A stretch of 64,000 nt of DNA from Rhizodiscina lignyota (Eukaryota): assembly GCA_010015805.1 (NCBI GenBank), contig ML978141.1, positions 1 to 64,000 of the forward strand, given 5' to 3'. The translations under genes and the position numbers were made by a program. Positions within the stretch are counted from its first letter, which is position 1. Every line of letters begins with the position of its first letter. Below, piece after piece: positions 1 to 13,096 of this stretch. The notes under the pieces are model-generated. The model saw nothing but the letters and a program-made list of their open reading frames with translations, was not told the origin of the DNA and searched no databases.

Positions 1-22
1 TTTGTGGCTTTCCGAGCCAATC

Positions 23-2326
23 CTAGAAGAAGGAAGAGTCTAGACTCAAAAAGATGTTGTCCCAATCAAAGCTGTTGACATCAATTCCTTGCTCGAAATT
101 CTGAGTAAAATCATTCCAAAACGACGAAAGGTCATCTCCACTTTCGTTTGGCGGTCCGTCGGCCGCCATGAAGTGGCCAAGACCGTCGCTGACTCCGCAT
201 TGACCATGTGAAGCTCTTGGGAAAGCTCGCTCGCCACATTCGTTATACCCGGGGGTTTCAGAGATGTCGAGAACCATTTCTTTGCAAGGAATTGCCTGAG
301 ACTGCTGCTCACTACCACCACCACTACCCCGATATGCAGTTGATTGCAGTTGCTGTTTCGGGACAGATTTGAGCGGGGGCACGTTGTACTTCCGCAGAAT
401 ATGCACCAAGGAGTCGACAAATTTGGCGGTAGTTTCGGACTTCTTCTTCGCTTCCTCGATGATTTTAAATGCTTTGTAAACCTCCTCTCGCTGCTTCTCA
501 TATTGTGGGGACAATGGGTTGACACACAGGTCCATAAGAAGAACGATACAGGCCAAGAAAACACCGATCAAGAGTCCGGTAAATTTAAACCGTGTTGCGG
601 TGTCGATGTCTGAGTTCTCCTGCCACAGCTCGGATTGAATGATAAGGCGTGCATGCTTGATGCAGATTTCGCGTGACGAGTAGTACGCCGGATCTTCGAC
701 CCCGCGGGCGAAATATGGGAGGTGAATCTTGCATCGTTGTGAATAGAGCAGGAAGTAAGTTGTTTTCCCTTGAAAGATGATATTCTCTGCTTCTGTCTGA
801 GTGAGTCCGTAGGTCTCCATCAGTGCGGACTCCGACATGGAGTAGAACGCCGGGACGTCGTTGATGAGTGTCTGAAGCTCGGTGTCAATATCCATGACAG
901 CATCATGGCTTAGACCACCAGAGTGCGCCATTACGAGAGGGCTGCGGTCGACGATACTGCGAGAGATCTCTGCCAGGGAGATTCTCTGCATAGTGTACGA
1001 CATTGTCGTCGGCTGAGACAGCGGTCGTCCGTCACGACTCATGCCATCAAAGATTTCTTCATCGTTGATATGGAGAGGCTTTTTGGTTATCATTTGACGC
1101 GGATGGCAGGAATAAATGCCTTCAGCCATACCACCGACCCTTGCGGCCACCGCCCTTTGAGATCTGTCAGCAGTCTGGTCCCGAGATTGCGAATATGTTC
1201 AAGGATTACCAATCACATGAACACAGATACCACCATATCCTTCGTCCGATCTCTGCCCGGGCTGTGTTCGCCATGCCTGCATTGGATGGATGGTCGATCC
1301 GATGAAGTCCCAAGTCTCGAGCTAACACTATGCCCATAGCGAACAGCACCCGGCATCTGTGAAGTCCGTCGAGATGGGACGCAACGAATCCTACAAGGAC
1401 GGCCCCTTGGACGCCTTCCATCGAGACCTTCGGCGATCGACAGGCGATATCGAGAACATCCTCAGCAGCTTTGATCCATAGCGAGGCTTGGTCATTGGCT
1501 TCTGCAGAAGTAGGGAAAAGGCCATACGCACAATCGCTTTGTACCCAGGCATGGGTTGCTGCCGCGAAGATGCTTAGAAGTAAGATGACCTGGCCTGACT
1601 GTATTTGGCGTTGTTGGTTCAAGTCTGCATATGCTTGTTCAAGGACAGAAGGTAGAGAGGGGACATGAGTAACATAAGGCAAATGATGGGCAACGCGAAT
1701 GAATTTTTCCAGAAGTATTCGAGCCTCGGCGCGTGAAGGTAGCCATATACACCTTGGCGGCTCGGAGTTTGTGATGGAATGAAATTCGCTTGGGTATATG
1801 TAAGATTGTGCTTTTGTGACCCGTGCAACCGGACATGTCCTGAACACAACACGGGTCCTCGGTATCTTAGTCTGTTCTGTCCATCAGTGAAGACTGGGCA
1901 ATTTAAAGGACGGAGTGAGCGACTCACAGAAGGTATCTGGTCTATGTAGACACTTTCAAGCGAAGCGACATCACCGTCCACCTCGATGTTTTGGATCTGA
2001 GGTGGCGAAGCGGAAGGGTGTACGAGCTGCGGCCGAGACTCTGCAACATCAGAAGGTTGGCCGTTCTGTTCTTGTTCCTCCCCTTTCTGCTGGGCGGCCA
2101 GCAGGCTTTCGAGGCGATGAAGACGTTCAAGAATCTCCGAATTTTCGGAAGTGCTGGGAGTGCTGCTGGGCTGCGCGACGGGATGTTCTAGATCGCAGGT
2201 GATGCCCCTGGAGGCACAGTTGAAGCAGGGCACTGTTCGGCTGCACCGCAACTTCCGCTTCCTACAGAAATGGCAAGACACCGGCCTCTGGCGAGACGGG
2301 CCCTGCTTCTGCTGCTCTTTGGGCAT
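23..2326 (-). CDS. Zn(II)2Cys6 transcription factor with fungal-specific TF (middle homology) domain, 3 exons
   Basis: N-terminal CHFCRKRKLRCSRTVPCFNCASRGITC binuclear cluster. ARDLGLHRID...EIGRRIWWYLCSCDW middle-homology motif. ORFs 1619-2326, 1206-1847 and 23-1150 join through introns at ~1872-1927 and ~1156-1209. Confidence 0.92.
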
Positions 2327-2889
2327 TGTATCGATGGATACTCCATGGAAACGGGAAATTTTGGAAATCAGGAAATGCAGCGCAATGGGAAGAAAAGAAC
2401 GGAATGTCCGCGGCTAGGTGCTCCATAAGCCACAATAACTTACACCCTGCCAACTACTCAAGTGGAACACTGGTGGCAGAATGGTTGAGCCCGATTAATT
2501 GAAAGGCTGTTGTAAGAACGAGTTTGATTCTTCGACACGAACGAGAGCATCTCTTAAAGTTCGATCGAATATATAGCAGACCGTATTTATCTAAAACACA
2601 CAGCTTCAGTGTAGGATATATAATCTAATTAATCGAGAATATGCACCCTCACGGTTCGACATCCTGTAGCCACGACGCAACACATCCTCTATCACTCTCA
2701 AGTCGAATTATGCGGAAAGCGGCCACACCAGTTATTATCGCTGAATACACTGTATGAGCTACTCTATCTTCTCTTGCCCTTGTTCCGCCAATTAAATGAG
2801 TAAAACTGCAAGTGGAGATTTTGGGATCCCCGCGCATCGATATCGCTACACCTTTTCCGCTTCGAGTTTCGTTCCATTACTAGATCCAA

Positions 2890-4649
2890 TCAAAATTTGA
2901 CCTGAGAGAGTCCGCTATTTCGAATCCTCTCCCCATACTTCCAGAAGATCAGAGGGACTGGAGCGAAGGCCACCGCAATAAAACCCAGAAGTGATGTGCC
3001 CCATCCAACGCCAAGTGCATCATACATCCGATTACCTGCTAGCGGAAGCAGTGCTCCAAGCAGGGAGCGAGTGACAGTCGCTGCTGCAGTTGCCGAAGCA
3101 GCATAGACGGTGTAAGCATCAACAAGATACCCTAATGACGGCATCTAGGCAAAATCAGCTGCTTGCTTTGCGAGTTCAGTTGCTAGGCGGGTTACCATTA
3201 TATTGAACGTCGCAGCCCCAAGAAAAGCGGAGCCAATGATCGGAACAATCCAATGGACCTTCTTCTCTGCAGTCCAACCGTACAGAAATAATCCAATAGG
3301 CGCGATAATTGCGCCAACGAACAAGAGCGGGAGTCGATATTCCGGCTTTGCGGTTCCGCCATTGCGTTTTGTCAGGTATTTCACAAGCCGGTCAGAGGTC
3401 ATCCCGCTGAAGACCAAGGCAACGAGGAACCCGGCCCCAATCCCCAGATACACTAGCCCAACACTGGTGTCTGAGAAGCCGTATTGCCCTTTAAAGACTC
3501 GTGGGAAGGTCGTGAACATAAGGTATTGGTAACCATATATTGTTGCCATGTAGAGCGACAGCAGGAGAACAATCGGCGAAAGGAATAGCATCTTGAGAGG
3601 CCGGACAATGGCGGTTTTGAAAAGCTCCTTTGGGTCCTTGCCGCTGTCAAGAGCGGATCGAAGGCTTGAGTTGCCTGATTCCTTTCGTAGGCGCTTCGTC
3701 TTTCGTTCCAGGATCGCGTAGGCGTAGGATTCGTGCAAGAATAGCAGACTTACTAAGAATATGGCACCGGCCTAATATCATGAATGTCAGTTGCCGTTTG
3801 CATTTGAGATGCCAAGAGCTTACGAGTATCGACACCAACCAGAAAATCCATCGCCAACCCTTGGCCCGAGCAATATATCCAGCAACTAGTCACCATCAGT
3901 ATGGCTCGGTCGGCGGTATTTGACTCTCTCTCACCTAGTGGGCCGAGTGTAGGTCCGAGCACTGGGCCTAAGATCCACCCCATCATTGCGAGGCCTCTTT
4001 TCTCCAACGGAACCATGTCCGCGATCGTTCCCGCTCCGAGTATCAATGCAGCACTCCCAGCGAGTCCAGCGAAAAGGCGGAAGACGATCAGAGCGCTCAA
4101 GTTGTTGGCAAGAGCACAAGCAATGCTCCAGATCACAAAGAAGAAATTGCAGACGTTATAAACGATGGCGCGGCCGTACAACTCGGAGAGAGGAGCGAGG
4201 ACGAGGGGCCCGAAGACGTAGCCGAGGAGGTAGGACGAAGTTACAAAGATTTCTAGGGTCTCGTTCGTGGAGTGAAATGTCGCCATGATATCTGCACTGG
4301 CGGGCGAGGTGACGGTAGATCCAAAGGGACTGTGTAGCGTCAAACAGGGCCCAACTTGGTGGACAAGAAATACGTACGACAGAAAAGTAAGGATAGAGAC
4401 GATGCCAATGGCTGTGACCTTCTTCTTCAAAGACCAATTCATGGGATTTGCTGGGTCGTCAGGCCCGTCCCAGTCGACGATATTGGGGTCCTTTATTGGT
4501 TGTTCCCCTACAACAGTGTCCGAAGGAGCATTGTCGTGAACGGATTGTTTCTCGAGATCATCTTGGTACGAACGATCGTCGTTCTGGCTCTCGCCTTTTG
4601 CAGACGGCGGCGGTGTTGCTACTCTTCCGAATTCCTTGGTGGTGTCCAT
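2890..4649 (-). CDS. MFS drug:H+ antiporter (DHA1 family) multidrug transporter, multi-exon
   Basis: VDWDGPDDPANPMNWS, APLSELYGR, GPVLGPTLG, PEYRL and YLVDAY...ASATAA motifs typical of fungal DHA1. The ATG at 4649 gives MDTTKEF. Confidence 0.92.
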
Positions 4650-5211
4650 TGTGAGAAAGGAGAAGGGTTCAGATATTAGATCAAATGCAAGGAATGCTCT
4701 CAAATATAATCAGAGTGCGACCAGAATCTTGATTAAATGGCTCTGAACTTTAGAAAGAAGTGTACGATTGAACGAACTTATGAATCTGTTGAGATTCTCC
4801 AAAAAGGAGATCAACGGAAACTCCGCCCGCGGAGCTCAAGGCTTGTAACTTTGATAGCGAACATTTCGTCCGAAGAGCGACCCATGCTCTAGAGACTACG
4901 GAACAGCAAAAGATACGACTAGATACTTCGACTTTCCGCCGTTCTCCTTCGACTGGTGTCCTCGACGGAGAGACATCCTCTTATCAGAGACACTTCCTCC
5001 GAGCTATGTGGGCTTTTACTCTATCACTATCAGATTCTTGCTCTTGATTCATGACATCACGTCGAATCCAGATGTCTCAACTTCGTAGAGGGTCTTTAGG
5101 GTACTGAACAATATAGTAATAAATAAGAAAGGAATCCTGTGTGTTCAATATGTTGTACAATGTTGTAAGTCAGGGGGACGTGGCCAATGCTCAGACGCGC
5201 TAGAGCCTCAG

Positions 5212-5540
5212 CAGGGTGTCCAATAATCCTCTGGGATTATAGATTATCATAATCGGATTATAATCAGATTATAATCCTAGTACCTAAGCCTAGGGGGGTA
5301 GCACCTAAACCTAGGGGGGCTTAGGTCCCGAAAGCTAAGTGCTCTAGGGGTGTACACAGATCATTATTTTTAAAATTTAGAGTATAGTAATTAAAAGTTA
5401 TAGCTACCTAGCTTTGGGTACCTAACCCTTCTAGGGCTAGGTACATCCAGATTATGAGAGGATTATATAATCTCATAATCAGGATTATCATAATCTAACC
5501 TAATCCATAATCGTTCATAATCTGATTATTGGACACCCTG
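5212..5540. mobile_element. Non-autonomous hAT-superfamily DNA transposon (MITE), 329 bp
   Basis: Perfect 17-bp TIR CAGGGTGTCCAATAATC (5212-5228) and its reverse complement (5524-5540). Flanked by the identical 8-bp direct repeat AGCCTCAG (5204-5211 and 5541-5548). Many subterminal GATTAT/ATAATC motifs. No ORF. Confidence 0.92.
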
Positions 5541-6231
5541 AGCCTCAGCCTCTCGACCCTTGAGCCAAGCGCTTCTTAGCGACAGTCGGAGCAAGCAGAT
5601 TGTGCATGTTGGATATGACACGATGTATTGGAGCTTGATCGTATTCACTGGGGTAAGCGTAACTCTCGGGGTTTTTGGATTTGGAGCAAAGAGACTTGGC
5701 TGGCTTTAATGAAGAATGCGAAGAATGATATTGATCTAGTTGAGTTTACGAGAAGGGGAAGTTTCAGATCTTGAAAAATTGAACATCAAATAGACAGCAT
5801 AGAGCCAGACAAACAAAAGAGAGCCGAAGTCATTACCGCATACAATAAATACGGGCCGAAAGGAGTAAAGGCGCACTCGGACAGCCCTCGGTCAAACCTC
5901 GTTTGCCCGCAAAGTGGTTGTTCTCCAAGTTCCCGAGCTTTTCGAAAGGCCCGAATTTCATCCAGACTCTCCGATAGGAGAACTCGACACCGTTTATCTA
6001 CTTCCATTTCAGTTGCCATCGACCTTGCCGATGATTAAGCAAACGTATATCAAGGTAAATCCTTCGAACCAACACCTAACAAGGTGATAATAATTAAATC
6101 CGAATGTGGATACTCGTGCGAGTGGGCGATCACGGAGCACCAGCTACCTCGGAAATAGGAGGAGGTTCGAGATGAGGAGTATATAAAGGTGCGGAGTGGA
6201 ACGATTTCACATTCTCCTGGCATCACTAAAC

Positions 6232-7092
6232 ATGTCGTCCAACACGCCTGTCTGGCTCATCACTGCTAGCTCCTCTGGCTTTGGTCGCGCAGTGGCGCTC
6301 GAAGCATTAAAACGAGGCCACGAAGTCATCGCAACTGCTCGAAACCCATCAAGCAGTAAATTAGACGGATTACGATCAGCCGGCGCTGAAATTATCGCCC
6401 TTGACGTCACCTCACCGCTTCAAGATCTCCAAAGAACTATAGCGGGAGCCCTCTCCATTCACGGTCGCATCGATATCCTCGTCAATGCTGCTGGCTTTAT
6501 CTTGGAAGGCGCTCTCGAGGAGTGTACCCCAGAGGAAAGCCTTCAACAATTCAACACCAACGTATTCGGCACGATGAATGTCTCCCGTGCTGTACTCCCC
6601 TACATGCGTGCCCAGCACAGCGGCGTGATCGCAAACTTTGGCTCTGTCGGATCGTGGCGTGGTTCACCGGGTGTTGGCATGTACGAGACTTCCAAATGGG
6701 CGGTCAGTGGCCTAACCGAGTCGATGAGGCCGGAGCTTGAAGAGTTTGGAATCAAGGTGACTGTGATCGAACCAGGTTATTTTAGGACTGGATTTCTCAA
6801 CGATTCTGCCAGGGTGAAAGCAAGGCACATGGACGAGTACAAAGGATCCAAAGTCGAGGTATATAGGCAAGGGCTTGCGGCTAAAGATAATAAGCAGGCC
6901 AATGATGCTGCAAAAGGAGCTGAGCGGATTGTGGATGTCTTAACGCAGTCCGGCCGCGCGGCAGGGAGAGATATTCCGTTGAGGTTACCATTGGGCACGG
7001 ATGCGTATGGGATTATCAAGGCGAAATGTGAAGAGACAGTGAAATTGATGGATGAATGGAAAGAGATAATATGCGGTACCGAACATGATTGA
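6232..7092 (+). CDS. Classical short-chain dehydrogenase/reductase (17beta-HSD-like subgroup), intronless
   Basis: WLITASSSGFG Rossmann motif, VNAAG, catalytic YETSK, IEPGYFRT, LRLPLGTDA. Confidence 0.9.
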   Translation: MSSNTPVWLITASSSGFGRAVALEALKRGHEVIATARNPSSSKLDGLRSAGAEIIALDVTSPLQDLQRTIAGALSIHGRIDILVNAAGFILEGALEECTPEESLQQFNTNVFGTMNVSRAVLPYMRAQHSGVIANFGSVGSWRGSPGVGMYETSKWAVSGLTESMRPELEEFGIKVTVIEPGYFRTGFLNDSARVKARHMDEYKGSKVEVYRQGLAAKDNKQANDAAKGAERIVDVLTQSGRAAGRDIPLRLPLGTDAYGIIKAKCEETVKLMDEWKEIICGTEHD

Positions 7093-7960
7093 GACAGATA
7101 ATCGAGCAGCGAAAAGGGATGGAGTTGGTGTTTCCAATTCATCATTATTATTCATGATGCTGATGCTAGAATTGACTGGTCAGAGTCTTTAGTTTGATAT
7201 CCTTGAGTACCTCTGCCATTCTCACCAACAGCTAGGTTTTCCTAAGCCATTTTGTCCATTTCAGCCCATTAGCTTCATCACAAAGCTGGTACAGTTGCCA
7301 TTATCCAGGTTGCCATCCATTGTCGCATATACGTCTGCGCTGAGAATCGTTACAGAAGCTGTTCTTGTGTGAACAGTACGGAGTTCGGATGATGGTAGGT
7401 TACATGGTGTCTCATGTTGCAGGGTGATCGAAAAGGTGGCTTCGTTTGGATATCGAAAGGCTCTAGAGGCAGCTTAAGTTTGGGGATTAGTAGCATACTC
7501 AAGAACTACGCAATACCTAGAAGCACTTGACACTTCATGAAGGCGATGGGCGCTGATATACGTGGAAACGTTTCAGTTTCAGGAGCTGGCTGGACACGCT
7601 CGGCCGGACGTCGGAAAAGTCTCAGTTCGAACTAGTTGTTGGCGGCCTGGCGGAGGTCCACTTCATCTTGAAGCGAGTACAGCATGGGACAGCTTCTTCA
7701 GATATACCAACATCAGGATCACAATCTTCGAATCTCTCAGTTCAGCACGGAGAATATGCAAAGTTTGTTGCAGGTTCAGTTCGATATGCTACTGCCGTTG
7801 AGACGCTCTTGGCTAGCGGAATCCTGCTTCCGGCTACTGGGAGCGGGAGGGCAATTCCCACTACCAACTCGCTCATTCGGAAGCTGAATGAACCTGATGC
7901 TCTCAAAGGCTCTCAGGCAACAATAACCTGCGAGGGCTCAACTTCGAGCAATGCACAACC

Positions 7961-10671
7961 ATGACAGAGCCTGCTTCGAAGCGAAGGCGAGTCCCACAGG
8001 AACTTCGCAAGCGTTCAGAGCGGAGCTGTGACCAGTGCCGGAAAGTCTGTCTTCCATATTCCGATTCCGTGGCGAAGATTGGATCAAAATTAGGAACTCA
8101 CACTGAAACCAGCGTCGAGGCCGCTGCGAACGTTCGGCTGACAGCAACGAATGTGTTGCTTGTCGAATGAGCAAGACACCATGCACGTATGATATGCCGA
8201 GAAAGCCTCGCTTTCAAGGTAGCATTGATGAATTGAGCGGCCGGTATGCGCATGCGCTCACAAACACTCCCAGTTCTCATGTTAACTTTCTTAGATATCG
8301 CTGCCTTGATGCTATCGTGAGAGCGGCATTCCCGAATGACGCGATAGCTACCGTGGATGATCTCAGGCGTTTAGGTAAACGACTGGGGTATCAAATGCCA
8401 GAAACCCCAGATGAACCTCCTGTGGAATTAAAAGACCTTTTCGGGCCGTCGCGCTTGGCTACTGAGGATGCCAATTATGCGCCGGCTCCTCAAGTTGCGC
8501 TAGCAGAGGACGATGAAGGTACCACATCGCCAACATTTACAGCCGAAGACTTGGACTCTCCTGGCCTTGTTCGTGACTCAACTGGTCATGCTCATCACAT
8601 TGGACCATCTGGAAGTCTGGCCTTCTTTGCCTCACTGAGACATCTCATCGCTTCGAGATGTAATAGTGCTGCAAACAGTCTCAACCGTTCATCGGGGTTT
8701 GCCGATGATAATGCAGCAACGACACTTGAAAGCGATCGAACGCAGGATTCTGACGACCTGCCTAATGACTCAGCTAGGGAAGAAGACCCAGTGGCCGTTC
8801 AGCCGTCGCCATGCATATCTTCCCAAAGAAGCGACCATAAGCTGGAACAGCCGGACATGGCAGAACAGGAGAAAAATTTACCATCCTCCTCAATTATGAC
8901 TGAACTGATTCAGTCTTACTTTGATCACGTCCATCTCGACTTCCCCCTCTTTCACCGTGCAACATTTGAAGAGGAATATGAGTGTTTCATCCTTGGAGCG
9001 CGGTCAGACAGAAAGCGCCCTACAAATGGTTATCTACCATTCCCGGATTGTGGCTGGGGGTGGTTGGGTTGTCTCCATATGATGCTGGTCTTCGGTTCGC
9101 TCATTGGCGAAGCGCCAAATAGCGCCACTTGCCGATTACTTCGACGAAACTCGGTGTCGCTAGTCAGATCATTCCTTCCCCATATTGTAACCAAAAGCTC
9201 ACTGTGGAACGTTCGATGTCTCGTTCTGCTCTCGTTGTACCTGCACAACAACAGTGAACGGAATGCAGCTTGGATGCTTGCTGGAACCGCCACGAGAACT
9301 GCTCTGGCTCTCGGGTTACATCGGCGGGATCTTGACAGCTCGTTCCGGCCGATAGAGCGAGAAATGAGAAAACGAGCTTTTTGTTCCCTTTACAGCTACG
9401 AGCAATTCCTTTGCAGCACTCTTGGCAGGCCGAGTGGAATGGGTGATCCAGACGTAGAAGTTACCCCTCCGCGCGAGGGCTTCCTTTACAATGGCAACAC
9501 CATCACAGAGCTCACCGCTGCAAGTATGGAACTGCAAAAGCTTCTCTCCCGAACTCGCCGGGCTACCTCCACAGATGGCACAATTCTCGAAGCTCTCCGA
9601 AGATGGAAATCTCAATTACCGGAGTTCTTGGACTTGCCACGCTGTATTTCTTATCAAGATATTAGCATTCGCGGTTCGGCTTCCAACCCACCCGCCCACA
9701 AGCAGTTGCGGACTATTCTATCCCATCAACCGCCTGCGCGGGTCCGATCTGTGCTCCTACTACATATTCAATACCACTACATTGCAGTGCTTGTTACAAG
9801 GTCGGCATTACTGCATTTCGTCGCCTCTACATATGACGCTTCATCTGCAGCGGCACCAGGTCCTGGCCGGATTATGGAGTCCTCTGTAGACAGCGCAGAA
9901 GCAAGTGTGTACCACGCTTGCCAACTCTCTTCCCTAATAGGCATGCTCTACCGTTTCAATTTGTTACGAGGCGAGTCGGCGCTGGATGTGTTCTATGGGT
10001 ATTCCGCCGGTATGATATTGGTCCTTCGGCTTCTCTGCGCACCTCTCCCGGAAGGATCAACAACTACAGAAAGGGGTAGAGAGCTCCAGATTAGGGTCTA
10101 TCTCGAAAGTAACACGAGTTCATTGAGAGATGTCATTCGGAGAACGTCGAAATCGCCGACCATGATGCGCTTTGCATCTGTTCTGGAGTCGTTTTCAAGT
10201 CTCTTGTCAAATCCTATTCCACTGCAAACCACTGCGCATCCGAGCAGCAATTATGCTCAGACCGAATCTGCAAACGAAGCTAACCAGCATGCAATTGCAC
10301 CTCTACCTGCAGGCGCCGTCCTCGATATTGCCAATGCAAGCCCTACTGGAGTAACAAGCAACGGCACCAGAAACGCGCAGCTGAATACTGATATCTTTGG
10401 TGCCCGAATTGGTACTGATATGGGTTTGCCACGCTTCCACAATATTGGAATTGGGGAGAGTTATGACCGAAGTAACGAATCACCTAATAGACCCAATATC
10501 GCATTGACAACTAATACCGACAACACGTTTTCTCAAGCCGAAACTTTCGACGAACTCCCTCACCTGCCACTTGACTTCTCATGGTCTCCTCTTGAACATG
10601 ACCTTGGCGTTGGCTGGGCTGATTTCGAGTCACTCATTGGTGGTAATGACTTTGAATTTACCCAATTCTGA
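7961..10671 (+). CDS. Zn(II)2Cys6 transcription factor with fungal-specific TF domain
   Basis: SCDQCRK|RRGRCERSADSNECVACRMSKTPCTY once intron 8045-8112 is removed. A second intron lies at 8244-8294. YFDHVHLDFPLFH, ALALGLHR and LGRP middle-homology motifs. Acidic C-terminus. Confidence 0.92.
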
Positions 10672-10735
10672 GTCATCCCGCATCGAGCCACAGTTTCAAT
10701 CATCTGGGACTCTACATACCACTTAATCCTCGCTC

Positions 10736-12444
10736 TTACAGCGTGTACCTAAAGTCTGGATGCCTTTCGCCTAGTCTGCGCTGCTCCTCTTCGGGTAAAT
10801 CTCGAAGATGATCTCTATCTCCTCGGTCACGCTTCTTATTCTCAGCAGCGCAAAAGAAATACATTACTAATGCGGCGATGATCCCAGAAGCGGAGAAGGC
10901 AATACAAGTACCAAGTCCAGGGTAATAATGGGGCGTATCCTTCTGGGGAAAGACGACTTAAGCAATGATTCCACCGATTTGACCAAATCCGGCTGCAAAC
11001 GCAGTGAGAACTCCACGTTTTGTCTGGCCGACAACCTGGTTGACCCTTTACCAATAGTTAACTAGCGCTCTTGCAAGATGAAAGCGATGCAGGTGAATAC
11101 GCACCCCCATGCGATTACGAGCGCTTGGCAATTATATGTGCCAATAGCTGCAAGATACATCCCGAAATATCTTACCCCGACAGGTGAGACCAACATAACG
11201 AGAAGGTTGCCAACTACGGCCACTGCAAAGCTGGAGATGACGAACGGTGCTCGCTTCTTGACTTTGTCGGACCAAATTCCAACTGACACGGAGAAGATAC
11301 CTGAGACAGCACGTACCGGCGCGCTCAACAGATTCGACTTCAAATCGCTCCAGCCAAAAGCGCTCAGAATTGTCGGTTGAAAGATGGAAATGGCGTATGC
11401 TGCGACCGTAACAGACAAATACAACCATCCACTGCAGATGACTTTCCAGTCTGTGATGGCTTTAAGCGCACCAAGAAACCGGAGCTTCTCGTCCTTCCCC
11501 CTGCGGTCGTCGTCGCGCAGTCGTCTGACATACCAGTCTTTCTCTGCTGGCCTCAAGAAGGTAGATTTCTCCGGAAATGCTGGCAAAAACACAAATGACA
11601 CGATGGCCGCTATGCAAGTCATGGCCCCTTCGATGAAGAAGATCCAGGACCAACCAGAGTACCCTCCCGTCCCTTGGAGTGAGCCCAGTCCTGCACCGAG
11701 CAATCCCGAACCGATACCAGCAATGTCGTTTGACACAAACAGCCATGCGACTCTGGTGACCATTTCGTGTCTTCGGTACCAAGTCCCAATCAGAAAAAGA
11801 CAGCCAGGTAGCATACCGGCTTCGAAGAACCCGATGAGAACGCGAGCCGCTATCAGTCCCCCAGCTGACTTTGAGAAACCAGAGAATGTAATAGTAACTA
11901 TCAGAAGTGAGCTGATTGAGCGAATTTGAGATGTCTTTCGAACTTACGGCCCCAGCACATCGCAAGCCCGGAGATATAATATCTCGGAACAACACGATTC
12001 AGAATCATATTCGAGGGAATCTGTATTCCACCACCGTCAAGACAATGTCACCGGTAAAGCGTCGCTACCTCCTTACCTCGAACAGGATCAGCGGGACGTA
12101 GAAAACGAGTACTGCAACATTGTACTCATATCCATGCATATGCAAATCTTTTTCCATATTCCAAAGCCTTGCGTTACCGATGTTCACTCTGTCCAAAAAC
12201 GTGACAGTGTACAACAACACCAGGACCGGCATAAGCCGATAGTCAATCTTTTTAATTATTCTTTTCGCCTCAACTGGATCTTCTGCAGTCTCAATAATAG
12301 ACCTGTCTCAATTAGGATTTCAATCAAGGAATGGACGCAATTAAAGGCTCACCCAATGTCAGATGTTTGTTCTGTGACATTTCCTTTCTCTAAGTTCACG
12401 TCCGGCACCACGGGATCCGAGTTGTGTTGAGGCACCGTTGCCAT
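10736..12444 (-). CDS. MFS anion:cation symporter (allantoate/nicotinate permease, DAL5/TNA1-like), multi-exon
   Basis: DRVNIGNARL, GWSWIFFIEG and C-terminal HPDFRYTL* are hallmarks of fungal ACS permeases. The ATG at 12444 gives MATVPQHNS. Confidence 0.9.
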
Positions 12445-13096
12445 ACTGAAGACTGCGAGGCCGGGCTTGGCCCGACAAATGAAGAAAATGAGTCCACGAT
12501 ACAAGGATAAAGTAGTCTTTCTTTGAAAACGTCAGTCGGAAGTGCAAGTCGTCTTGATTTGTAGTTCCTGATATTGATGGTAGTGAACAGGAACAAGTCC
12601 GGCAACAGGCTTCATGGAGCACGCGGGATTTGGCGCTACCCCAGGATTATGCACCATTACTTGAACAAGAATTGCGGGGGGATTTTTCGATTGTTCAAGG
12701 TCTTCCGCATGTCGCAAACAGAAGGGAGACCTGCTTCCGGGATCTTCATGCAAGATACATACTCGGGCGGAAGCAGAACTCCTCCAGCAGACTGGGGCTT
12801 GGGTGGCTGCATCCACTACAAGTTCCTTCGATGGCGACAAAAAAGTTGGCCGTGGCTTTCAAAATACTGAACAACTATAATCCATAATCTCTACAGTGCA
12901 TAAAGCGTACAAGTTTGCCAAAGGTATGCCATTGCCATATACACTCCGAAAGACATTGTACTAAATTTTCAGAGACAGTCTCGCTGACCTTGGAGTAGGA
13001 GAGTTGTGCACACTTACACATTACTCCTGTCTGACGACCAGTTCTTTTGTCCCCCTCCACACTCAGTCTTAGCAATTCACCACTCCATTGCACGAA

